The translations under genes were made by a program, and so were the position numbers. Positions 1-9,425 of a stretch of 32,000 bases of DNA are shown piece by piece; the first letter of the stretch is position 1, and every line of letters begins with the position of its first letter. The stretch is taken from the NCBI RefSeq assembly GCF_000012905.2, contig NC_007493.2, positions 1,530,001 through 1,562,000 of the forward strand. The letters are read 5' to 3'. This DNA comes from Cereibacter sphaeroides 2.4.1 (GTDB lineage: Bacteria; Pseudomonadota; Alphaproteobacteria; Rhodobacterales; Rhodobacteraceae). The notes under the pieces were generated by a model. The model searched no databases. It was not told the DNA's origin and saw only the letters and a list, made by a program, of their open reading frames with translations.

Positions 1-1089
1 CTGGGCCTCGATCCGCCAGAAGTTCACCGGCCAGCCCACCGCGAAGAACTGCGCGACCTTGTGGACATAGTGCTTCTTCGTGATCCGGTTCCAGGCTTCC
101 TGCACGTCGTCGTGGTGGACCTTGATCCCGTATTTCTCGAGCGGGAGCATGTAGGTGCGGTAGTAGTCCTCGAAGATCCAGCGGTGCCACATCTCCGCGT
201 AGGATTCCTTGTCCTTGTCGCGGTTGGTGGTGCCGTATTCGATGAAGGTGCCGATGGCCGCATCGACGATGGCGTGGTTCTGCCAGAAGGCATAGCGCAG
301 GTCGCGCTCGAGCAGCAGGTGGTTCTCCGGCTCCTTCAGCGCGGCCATCAGGAGCGAGTGGCCGTTGCCGATGTGCCGGCTCTCGTCCGACTGGACCGAC
401 AGGAAGACGGTGGGCAGCGCATAGTCGCCATTGCGCGCCGCTTCCGACGGCATGGCCACGAAGAGCGTATTGGTGAAGGCGGTCTCGGCCACCACCGTCA
501 GATACATGCAGGCGGCCGTCATCGTGTCGCCGGTGATGAAGCCCTCGCCGAACTGCCGGCCGATGGTGGTCGCGTAGCACTTGCCGAAGGCTTCTTCGGT
601 GATGTCGAACCCGGCCGGGTCGATGTAATTCTCCATGTACCACTTCTTCAGGTTCATCTGGATCGTGGAATGGCGGAATTCATCGACCATCTGCATGGTG
701 AAGCCGGTGCGCAGATCCTCGCCGGGGGCAAGGCGGGCCACCATGGCCATCGAGCGCGCGGCCGAAATCTCCGGGAACGGGATGATCGCCAGGAACAGCT
801 TCATCCATTCGACCCAGCGCGGCTCGACATTGCGGAACATGTCGCCGCGCAGCGCCGCATCGAGGGCGCCATAGACGCGGTTGTCCTTCTCCTCCTGCAT
901 GGGGAAGTAGGACCGCAGCACCTGTTTCATCGGGTCGCGCGGCGCCTTCGAGATCTTGTAGTCGGTCGGGAAGGTCGCCGCCTCCTGAACGTAGGTGGGG
1001 TTCCACCCGAGGTCGGAGATCTTCTTGGTCGCCTCGCCCACGGAGATTCCGCGCTGCGAGGTGATCTTGTTCAAGGTGAGGGACGTCAT
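1..1089 (-). CDS. Soluble di-iron monooxygenase (SDIMO) hydroxylase alpha/large subunit, PrmA/MimA-like (propane/acetone/phenol-type). N-terminal 363 codons only; the C-terminus runs off the left edge.
   Basis: Not in the ORF track because it is edge-truncated. My own minus-strand translation starts at ATG 1089 (GGAGG 8 nt upstream) and stays open in frame to position 1. It reads MTSLTLNKITSQRGISVGEATKK..SYFPMQEEKDNRVYGALD..FPEISAAR..MVDEFRHSTIQMNLKK..IGRQFGEGFITGD..YLTVVAETAFTNTLFVAMP..SVQSDESRHIGNG..ERDLRYAFWQNH..ESYAEMWHRWI. The di-iron ligand pattern is E107/E137/H140 plus E202/E236/H239, with the same 30/3 and 34/3 spacing as MMOH-type hydroxylases. Confidence 0.88.
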   Translation of the reverse strand, partial: MTSLTLNKITSQRGISVGEATKKISDLGWNPTYVQEAATFPTDYKISKAPRDPMKQVLRSYFPMQEEKDNRVYGALDAALRGDMFRNVEPRWVEWMKLFLAIIPFPEISAARSMAMVARLAPGEDLRTGFTMQMVDEFRHSTIQMNLKKWYMENYIDPAGFDITEEAFGKCYATTIGRQFGEGFITGDTMTAACMYLTVVAETAFTNTLFVAMPSEAARNGDYALPTVFLSVQSDESRHIGNGHSLLMAALKEPENHLLLERDLRYAFWQNHAIVDAAIGTFIEYGTTNRDKDKESYAEMWHRWIFEDYYRTYMLPLEKYGIKVHHDDVQEAWNRITKKHYVHKVAQFFAVGWPVNFWRIEAQ

Positions 1090-1110
1090 GCCATGAGCCT
1101 CCATCTATGG

Positions 1111-1130
1111 CGTGGGAGCCTGCTCCCACG
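1111..1130 (-). other. Hairpin (8-bp stem cgtgggag/ctcccacg, 4-nt loop) in the monooxygenase 5' leader, about 20 nt upstream of its start codon
   Basis: Perfect inverted repeat read directly from the sequence. Function unknown; it could be an mRNA-stabilising 5' stem or a regulatory structure. Confidence 0.3.
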
Positions 1131-1373
1131 GAATGCGGCCGGGGGCCGCCCTGGGTCTGCGGATCACGGCAAAGGTTCAGGTCACTGCCCCGCGGCGCAC
1201 CGTGCCGCCGGGCCTCCTCCCTTCGTTCTTGCGCCTTTGGGCCCTGAGGGCCGTTCGGACTTGTTGTGATCCTCCTGCCGCACAGCCGGTGCCACCGGCG
1301 GCAAAAGGCCGCGATGAAATGGCTTTTCAAGCGTCAACATTCTGAGACTGAAGGAAATATTTTTTCTGCGGCA

Positions 1374-1391
1374 TGCGCCACAGGCGTGCCC
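1374..1391 (-). promoter_or_regulatory. Candidate sigma-54 (-24/-12) promoter facing the monooxygenase gene
   Basis: The minus strand reads gGGCACGcctgTGGCg. GG-N10-GC spacing is correct. The -24 element GGCACG matches 6/6 of TGGCACG after the first base; the -12 element TGGCG matches TTGCW at 3/5. An A/T-rich tract lies just downstream. It would give a ~275-nt leader. Comparable partial matches occur by chance inside coding DNA here (e.g. 17928), so this is tentative. Confidence 0.3.
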
Positions 1392-1430
1392 GGCGCATCC
1401 CCATCCGTCGTGGCTCGCGGTCAAGGCCCG

Positions 1431-1442
1431 TTACAGCTGTAA
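1431..1442. promoter_or_regulatory. Perfect 12-nt palindrome TTACAGCTGTAA (dyad 1), a candidate regulator/enhancer-binding-protein site
   Basis: Read directly. An A/T-rich 12-mer is very improbable in ~69% GC DNA. A TTACAGC half-site recurs at 1462-1468 and the dyad recurs at 1556-1566. Confidence 0.45.
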
Positions 1443-1555
1443 TGGGCACTGTCACGGCCCTTTACAGCGCCGGGTGCCGCGGCATGATTCGCCGCCGTTT
1501 CAATCGTTTCCGCGCCGCGGCGCACCCTTTTGCAGGTGCGAAGGTAGCAGGACGA

Positions 1556-1566
1556 TACAGCTGTAA
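1556..1566. promoter_or_regulatory. Second copy of the dyad, TACAGCTGTAA (10-nt perfect palindrome TACAGCTGTA)
   Basis: Read directly. Centre-to-centre distance to dyad 1 is 124 bp, about 12 helical turns. Confidence 0.45.
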
Positions 1567-1659
1567 CGGTGCGCCGTAACATCCTGCGACAGTGCTCCGC
1601 GCCCGGGCCGAAAAAAGTCACCCCGCATATCCATAAAAGGCCATCGGAGCCGATCCGCC

Positions 1660-1675
1660 CGGCGCGGACCCTGCT
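1660..1675 (+). promoter_or_regulatory. Candidate sigma-54 (-24/-12) promoter for the orf1-rpoN operon
   Basis: The plus strand reads cGGCGCGgaccCTGCTa. GG (1661-1662) -N10- GC (1673-1674) spacing is correct. GGCGCG matches GGCACG at 5/6 and CTGCT matches TTGCW at 4/5. The predicted start (~1685) lies 10-25 nt before the orf1 start codons (1695 GTG / 1710 ATG). The dyads lie ~100 and ~225 bp upstream, a typical UAS geometry. Confidence 0.35.
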
Positions 1676-1709
1676 AGGCTGAGGGCAGCGGACAGTGCGG
1701 AGACAGCGC

Positions 1710-2174
1710 ATGCCAGCCAGTCAGGTTCCCTCCTTCCCGCCCGAAGCCGCCTCGCGGCGCATCGCCAATGAACTCGTGGCGCGCGCGCCGCAGGACCTGA
1801 TTTTCACCATGCGTTTTCTGGGCGAGAGTCAGGATCTGCTTCAGTCGCATTTCCGCGCCTTCCTGACCCGGAGCCTCGCCCATGCCGGCGCCACCCCCGA
1901 GGAGCATCCGCTGCTGCCCTTCTTCGTCGACAGCCATGCGGCCGAGATGCGCGACTTCGTCTTTACCGGCGCGGCCCTCGCCCGCCCGTTTCACCTGCAG
2001 GAGATCGAGGCCCTGACGGCGGATGCCGAGACAATGCTGCGCGTCGATATCTGGGATGCGATCGCCAGCCTGATCGAGATGGCCGAGGCGCGCTTCGCCG
2101 AGGGCATCGGCACCGTGGTCGAGCGGCTTCGCGAGCAGGAGGCGGCGGTGCGCCCGCCGCGGCGCGACCCATGA
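1710..2174 (+). CDS. Hypothetical protein (orf1, 154 aa from ATG 1710; alternative GTG at 1695)
   Basis: ORF track 1695..2174. High GC3 with host-like codon usage. GGAGA lies 6 nt upstream of ATG 1710. Its stop overlaps the next start as ATGA (2171-2174). I recognise no family. Confidence 0.65.
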   Translation: MPASQVPSFPPEAASRRIANELVARAPQDLIFTMRFLGESQDLLQSHFRAFLTRSLAHAGATPEEHPLLPFFVDSHAAEMRDFVFTGAALARPFHLQEIEALTADAETMLRVDIWDAIASLIEMAEARFAEGIGTVVERLREQEAAVRPPRRDP

Positions 2175-2392
2175 TGGAGCGGGCGGGTCTGGTGGCGGAG
2201 GTCGCGCGCCGCATCGCCGAGCAGCAGCGGGCGGCACGGCGGCTGGCCGGCCTGCAGATTGCGGACGGGCCGGACGAGGCCATCGCCGAAGCGCTGGCAG
2301 AGGTCCGCGAGGCCACCCTGCGTGTGGAGGAGGCCGAACAGCGCCTTGCCGCTCATGACGATGCCGCGAACGGCACAGGAGGACGGACGTGA
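2171..2392 (+). CDS. Hypothetical small charged, Ala/Glu/Arg-rich, probably helical (coiled-coil-like) protein (orf2, 73 aa)
   Basis: ORF track 2171..2392. ATGA overlap with orf1 and GTGA overlap with orf3 (2389-2392) indicate translational coupling. GC3 is high. Confidence 0.55.
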   Translation: MMERAGLVAEVARRIAEQQRAARRLAGLQIADGPDEAIAEALAEVREATLRVEEAEQRLAAHDDAANGTGGRT

Positions 2393-3474
2393 ACCAGAGC
2401 TTCAGCCCCCGACTTCTCGACCTTCTGGCCCGAAGCTGGCAGCGCCCGGCCGCCATCGCCGAGGTGATGTTCGATGCGGCCGGCACAGCCGTCCTGTTCC
2501 GGGACGCCAAGGGCGGTCTCACCCTCGGCGCCGTGGCCGACGGCGAACCCGCCTCGGCGCGGATGCGGATGGAGGGCGACGTGGGCCGCATGACCATCCG
2601 GCCCCGGCGCCGGGCGCTGCCGCCCCTGATCGAGCCCGAAGCGCTGCCCGCCGCCGCGGCGGTGGCGGTGCTGCCGCGCGGCGGCTTCGCCGTGGGCGGA
2701 GCGGATGGATCGGTCCATCAGGTCACGCCGCGCGGACAGGTGGTCCGGCTCCGCGCCGCCGGAGGAGATCCGGTGCAGGCGCTGGCCGTCGATCCCACCG
2801 ACGGGCAGCTGGCGCTGGCTCTTCCGGGCCGGGTGGTGCTGCGCGAGGATGGAAGCGAAGGGACAGTCCTCGAGGCCCGGGCGCGCGCGCTGGCCTTTGC
2901 CGAGGATGGCACTCTTGCAATCTCGACCGCGGACGGGCTGTGGCTCTGCGCCGGGCAGGCTCCCCGCAGATATCCCCTGCCCTCGGCACAGGGACCGCTC
3001 GCCCTCTCCGGGCGCTGGATCGCCGGGGCCTGCGAGGGCGCGGGCATCTGGCTTCTGGAGCGGGACAGCGGACGGCTCGCCCATCTTGCCGGATTTCCGA
3101 CCGCCTCCCGCTCGGTGCTTCTTGCCTCCGGCGGGACGCTCGTCGCCTCCGGCGCCTTCCGGCTGGTGGCCTGGTCGCTCGACCGTCCGCCCTTCGCGGG
3201 CGATCACGGCGGCGCCCTCGCCACGGGGACCGCCTCGGCGGTGGCGGTGACCTGCGCCGCGGCCCATCCCACGCGGGATCTGGTGGCTTTCTCCCGGGCG
3301 GGAGGCGAGCTGGTCCTGGCCCGCCTCGGCAGGCCTGAGGAGCTGGTTCTGCTTCCCGGCAGCGGCGACGAGATCACCGCCCTCGCCTTCGCCCCCGGCG
3401 GCCGCCACATGGGCCTCGGCACGGCGAGCGGGACGGCAGCCCTCGTCGAACTTCCCGACATGATCTTCAAGTGA
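2389..3474 (+). CDS. WD40-like / beta-propeller repeat protein (orf3, 361 aa), function unknown
   Basis: ORF track 2389..3474. GTG start with GGAGGA 6 nt upstream. There are roughly 7-8 repeats of ~40 aa of the type ..ALAF/AVD..DG.LA...DG.v.l (e.g. VQALAVDPTDGQLALA, ARALAFAEDGTLAISTADG, ITALAFAPGGRHMGLGTASG). GC3 is ~88%, whereas the competing frames (2259..3338 +, 2353..3408 -) are Arg/Gly/Pro junk. Confidence 0.72.
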   Translation: MNQSFSPRLLDLLARSWQRPAAIAEVMFDAAGTAVLFRDAKGGLTLGAVADGEPASARMRMEGDVGRMTIRPRRRALPPLIEPEALPAAAAVAVLPRGGFAVGGADGSVHQVTPRGQVVRLRAAGGDPVQALAVDPTDGQLALALPGRVVLREDGSEGTVLEARARALAFAEDGTLAISTADGLWLCAGQAPRRYPLPSAQGPLALSGRWIAGACEGAGIWLLERDSGRLAHLAGFPTASRSVLLASGGTLVASGAFRLVAWSLDRPPFAGDHGGALATGTASAVAVTCAAAHPTRDLVAFSRAGGELVLARLGRPEELVLLPGSGDEITALAFAPGGRHMGLGTASGTAALVELPDMIFK

Positions 3475-3503
3475 GACCCGATCCGTAAACGAAAGGACCC
3501 GTG

Positions 3504-3695
3504 ATGACCCCCGATGCCAGCCCGGACGCCAGCAAGGACGACTTCTTCGCCCGCCTCGCCGGGATCTCCGACGAGATGATCGCCGCCCACGGTCCGGACT
3601 TCGCCATGGGTGCGCTGGTGCTTGCCGCCCGCTTCATCGCCTCGCGCAAGGGCGGCGAGCCGGGCGCCCCGCCCTCGCCCACGGCGGCTCACTGA
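3504..3695 (+). CDS. Hypothetical small protein (orf4, 63 aa; alternative GTG at 3501)
   Basis: ORF track 3501..3695. AAAGGA lies upstream. GC3 is high. The gene is 26 nt after orf3 and 19 nt before rpoN. Sequence: MTPDASPDASKDDFFARLAGISDEMIAAHGPDFAMGALVLAARFIASRKG.. Confidence 0.55.
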   Translation: MTPDASPDASKDDFFARLAGISDEMIAAHGPDFAMGALVLAARFIASRKGGEPGAPPSPTAAH

Positions 3696-3714
3696 GCGCC
3701 ACCGAGGGCACAGA

Positions 3715-4989
3715 ATGGTGTCGATGCAGCTCCGGCTGGGCCAGCGGCTGGCCCAGCGGGCCGTTCTCGTGCAGCGGGCCGAGATCCTTGAGGCGACCGG
3801 AACGGACTGGGCGGAGCGGATCGCGGCCGAGGCCCAGCGGAACCCGTTCCTGCGGGTGAGGCAGCCGGCCACCGCCGCGCCGATCCCCGAAAGCGCAGCC
3901 CTGCCGCCCGACCTGCACGCCTGGCTCGGCTCGCAGATCCGCATGGCCATGGCCGATCCCGAGGACCGGGCGCTGGCCTTCCGCCTGCTCGAGGCGCTGG
4001 AGCCCTCGGGCTGGCTGGGCCAGCCTCTGTCGCGCCTCGCGCCCGGCGCCGAAGAGCAGGCGGCGCGGGTGCTCCACCGCCTGCAGCAGATGGAGCCCGC
4101 CGGCATCTTCGCCCGCGACCTGCGCGAGTGCCTCATGTTGCAGGCGCGCGACCGGGGACAGCTCGATCCCGCGATGGCGGCCGTGCTGGATCGCCTCGAC
4201 TGTCTTGCCTCCGACGGACCGGCAGCCGTGGCGCGCGCAGCCGGGCTCGAGGAGCAGACGGTGCTCCGCTGCCTCGAGCTGATCCGGCGCATGGATCCGA
4301 AACCGGGCGCTGCCTTTGCCGCCGAAGACGCTCCCCTGCGCGAGCCCGACCTTATCGCGCGCCGCACCGCCTCGGGCTGGAGCGTCGAGCTGAACCGCTC
4401 GCTTCTGCCGGAGGTCCGGGTGGCGCCCCTGCCGGACGGCAGCCCGGCCGATGTCCGCCAGATGCATCAGGAGGCCCTGTCACTGGCAAAGGCGACCGGC
4501 TTGCGCGGCCGGACCCTCCTTGCCGTGGGGGCGCTGGTGGTGGAGCGCCAGCGCGCCTTTCTGGATGAGGGGCCGGCCGCCCTCGTCGCCCTGGGGATCG
4601 GCGAGGCGGCCGATGCGCTGGCCCTGCACCCGAGCACGATCAGCCGCACGGTCACTGGGTTGCTGATGGCGACCCCGCGCGGGCTTGTGGCGGTGCGCGA
4701 TCTCTTCTGCGCGCGGCTCGCGGAGGGCACCGGAGCGCTCAGCGCACCGGCCCTTCAGGCCTTGATCCGCGAGACCATTGCCGCCGAGAGCGCTCACGCG
4801 CCGCTGGAGGATGGCGAGATCGTCGAGGCGCTGGCCCGGCGCGGCATCCATGTCGCGCGAAGAACCGTGGCCAAGCACCGCACGCTCGCGGGTCTGCCGC
4901 CTGCCGCCGTGAGACGCAGGGCGGCTCCCTCGGGCTCGGAGGCAGTGGCCTTCGGCCGGCAGCCTGTCCCGCTCGGCGGCAGGAACTGA
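3715..4989 (+). CDS. rpoN: RNA polymerase sigma-54 factor (RpoN paralogue), short form, 424 aa
   Basis: ORF track 3610..4989 trimmed to ATG 3715 (GAGGG upstream). The trimmed start gives a region I-like N-terminus, MVSMQLRLGQRLAQRAVLVQRAEIL..NPFL. The DNA-binding HTH is LHPSTISRTVTGLLMATPRGL. The RpoN box ARRTVAKHR lies at 4855-4881. The acidic region II is essentially absent. Confidence 0.92.
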   Translation: MVSMQLRLGQRLAQRAVLVQRAEILEATGTDWAERIAAEAQRNPFLRVRQPATAAPIPESAALPPDLHAWLGSQIRMAMADPEDRALAFRLLEALEPSGWLGQPLSRLAPGAEEQAARVLHRLQQMEPAGIFARDLRECLMLQARDRGQLDPAMAAVLDRLDCLASDGPAAVARAAGLEEQTVLRCLELIRRMDPKPGAAFAAEDAPLREPDLIARRTASGWSVELNRSLLPEVRVAPLPDGSPADVRQMHQEALSLAKATGLRGRTLLAVGALVVERQRAFLDEGPAALVALGIGEAADALALHPSTISRTVTGLLMATPRGLVAVRDLFCARLAEGTGALSAPALQALIRETIAAESAHAPLEDGEIVEALARRGIHVARRTVAKHRTLAGLPPAAVRRRAAPSGSEAVAFGRQPVPLGGRN

Positions 4990-5107
4990 CCTCCGGCCCG
5001 CAGTCCGGATGCAGAGGGGTCTGCCGACCTACGATGGCAGAGCTCTGTCTGCGCGGCCTCCGGGAACGGGTTCCGGCCGCTCTCATCCGAGATCCTTCGG
5101 CCGGTTG

Positions 5108-5136
5108 CCGTCCCGGGCAACGGCTGCCCGGGACGG
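5108..5136. terminator. Perfect 12-bp stem / 5-nt loop hairpin between convergent rpoN and guaB
   Basis: ccgtcccgggca-acggc-tgcccgggacgg, read directly. It sits 10 nt from the guaB stop. There is no U-tract on either side, which is common in high-GC alphaproteobacteria. Confidence 0.5.
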
Positions 5137-5145
5137 AAGGGCACG

Positions 5146-7762
<2,617 letters not shown>

Positions 7763-7884
7763 GGAACGACCTTCGAGAAGCGGTTACTGCGCAAGCGCAT
7801 CCGGCGGCAGAGGGTAGTCGCCCCCGCCGCCGGAAACAATCGCCCGCCGTTCCGGTTGCGCAGGGAAGCAACCCGGAGGATCCG

Positions 7885-8235
7885 ATGAGCGACGACAGAC
7901 CCACCCGAGGCCCCGCACCCGGCGATGCGGCGCAGCAGCCCGGCCCCGCCCGCCAACCCGAGGCCGGTCCGCCGGCCGAGCGGCACAACCCCGGCGGCCC
8001 CGTCCCGGAGCGCGGGGCAGACCCCCGCCCGCCCGCAGGCCCTGCCGGAGCCGGGACGCGCCCCGAAGCAGCCACGGCCACTCCGGCCGAAGGGACCGGA
8101 CGGACGCAGCCTCGCCAGCCGCCGCGCTCGAGGCCGGTCCCCGACAAGAAGAAGGAATCGCGACGCGTCACCTGGATCGGCGTCGCAGCCCTCGTGCTTG
8201 CCCTCGTGTCGCTCTACGCCTGCTCGCAGGGCTGA
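7885..8235 (+). CDS. Hypothetical Pro/Ala/Gly-rich protein with a single C-terminal TM segment (116 aa)
   Basis: ORF track 7885..8235. Strong GGAGGA 4 nt upstream of the ATG. GC3 is ~80%. The C-terminus is KKKESRRVTWIGVAALVLALVSLYACSQG. Confidence 0.5.
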   Translation: MSDDRPTRGPAPGDAAQQPGPARQPEAGPPAERHNPGGPVPERGADPRPPAGPAGAGTRPEAATATPAEGTGRTQPRQPPRSRPVPDKKKESRRVTWIGVAALVLALVSLYACSQG

Positions 8236-8291
8236 ACCGCGGCACGAGACGCGGGCCTTGATGGCCGGCAAGGGGAGCGCGCGTTCCTCCC

Positions 8292-9401
8292 TCAGGCCGG
8301 GGCGAGCTCCGTCCGGTCGCGGTAGAGCAGGGACTGGCCCTCGTGGAAGAGGTGCAGCCGGGCGGGGTCGGCGCCGAGGCGCACGGTCCGGTGGCGCAGG
8401 TCGGCCTGAATGCCGGGCAGCTTCGCCACCACCTGCCCGCCCTCGTCGCGCGGCACGAAATAGAGCAGCGTCACCTCGCCCAGGGCCTCGGTAATCTCGA
8501 CCTCGCCCTCGTAGAGCGGAGGGCCGTCGGTCTTGACCAGATCTTCGGGACGCACACCGAGATCGACCAGAAGCCCCAGATCCTCCGGGCTCGTCGGAAT
8601 CGCCGTGCGCGCCACGCCGCCTGAATCGAGCCGCACGACCGTCTCGGGGCCGGTCTCGACGATCTCGCCCGGCAGGAGGTTCATCGCGGGCGAGCCGATG
8701 AAGCGGGCGACGAAGGCATTGCGCGGGCGGGTGTAGAGCTCGAGCGGCGTGCCCACCTGGCTGATCCCGCCACCCTCCAGCACGACGATCCGGCTTGCCA
8801 GCGTCATCGCCTCGACCTGATCGTGCGTGACGTAGATCATCGTCCGGTCGGGCATCTTCTCCTTGAGCTGGGCGATCTCGATCCGCGTGGCCACCCGGAG
8901 CGCCGCATCGAGGTTCGAGAGCGGCTCGTCGAAGAGATAGACCTTGGGATCGCGCACGATGGCCCGGCCGATGGCGACCCTCTGGCGCTGCCCGCCGGAG
9001 AGCGCACGGGGCAGCCGGTCGAGATAGGGCGTGAGCTGCAGGATCCGGGCCGCGTTCTCGACGGCGAGGGCGATCTCGGCCTTCGACTGGCCCGCGATCT
9101 TCAGCGCGAATTCCATGTTCTGCCGCACGGTCATATGCGGATACAGAGCGTAGCTCTGGAACACCATGGCGATGCCGCGCTGCGCGGGCGGCACGTCGTT
9201 GACCACCTGCCCGTCGATCTCGAGCGTGCCGCCGCTGATCCGCTCGAGCCCCGCGATCATCCGCAGGAGCGTGGACTTGCCGCAGCCCGAAGGCCCGACG
9301 AAGACGATGAGTTCGCCCTTCTCGATGGTCAGATCGATGTCGCGCAGGACGCGCACCTCGCCATAGGCCTTCTCGACCCCGGTCAGCTTCAGATCAGCCA
9401 T
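8292..9401 (-). CDS. Sugar ABC transporter ATP-binding protein (MalK/UgpC/AglK type)
   Basis: Walker A GPSGCGKST, signature LSGGQRQR, Walker B VYLFDEPLSNLD, H-loop THDQ, and a C-terminal MalK-type regulatory domain. GGGAGGGG SD. Confidence 0.94.
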   Translation of the reverse strand: MADLKLTGVEKAYGEVRVLRDIDLTIEKGELIVFVGPSGCGKSTLLRMIAGLERISGGTLEIDGQVVNDVPPAQRGIAMVFQSYALYPHMTVRQNMEFALKIAGQSKAEIALAVENAARILQLTPYLDRLPRALSGGQRQRVAIGRAIVRDPKVYLFDEPLSNLDAALRVATRIEIAQLKEKMPDRTMIYVTHDQVEAMTLASRIVVLEGGGISQVGTPLELYTRPRNAFVARFIGSPAMNLLPGEIVETGPETVVRLDSGGVARTAIPTSPEDLGLLVDLGVRPEDLVKTDGPPLYEGEVEITEALGEVTLLYFVPRDEGGQVVAKLPGIQADLRHRTVRLGADPARLHLFHEGQSLLYRDRTELAPA

Positions 9402-9425
9402 TGTCCCCTCCCTTCCGGCGCACGC

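Noticed and set aside
61-1269. 402-aa plus-strand ORF and 680..1330 minus-strand ORF at the left end
   Set aside because: The real gene is the edge-truncated minus-strand frame ending at ATG 1089, with di-iron motifs. These listed ORFs are antisense or out of frame.
1287-1305. ggtgccaccggcggcaaaa, whose minus-strand reading contains both TTTGCC and TGGCAC
   Set aside because: The elements are in the wrong order (the -12-like element is upstream of the -24-like element) on either strand, so it cannot be a sigma-54 promoter. It is only a short GC hairpin (gccgg-tgcca-ccggc).
1182-1424. 80-aa minus-strand ORF and other short ORFs (1112..1345, 1373..1579, 1421..1711) in the divergent control region
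   Set aside because: No SD, poor codon bias and junk-like peptides. I treat the region as non-coding regulatory DNA.
1519-1534. GGCGCACCCTTTTGCA, which looks like a very good sigma-54 -24/-12 element on the plus strand (and is part of the hairpin at 1521-1540)
   Set aside because: GG and GC are separated by 11 nt, not the strictly required 10. It also sits upstream of dyad 2 and 175 nt from orf1. I kept the correctly spaced candidate at 1660-1675 instead.
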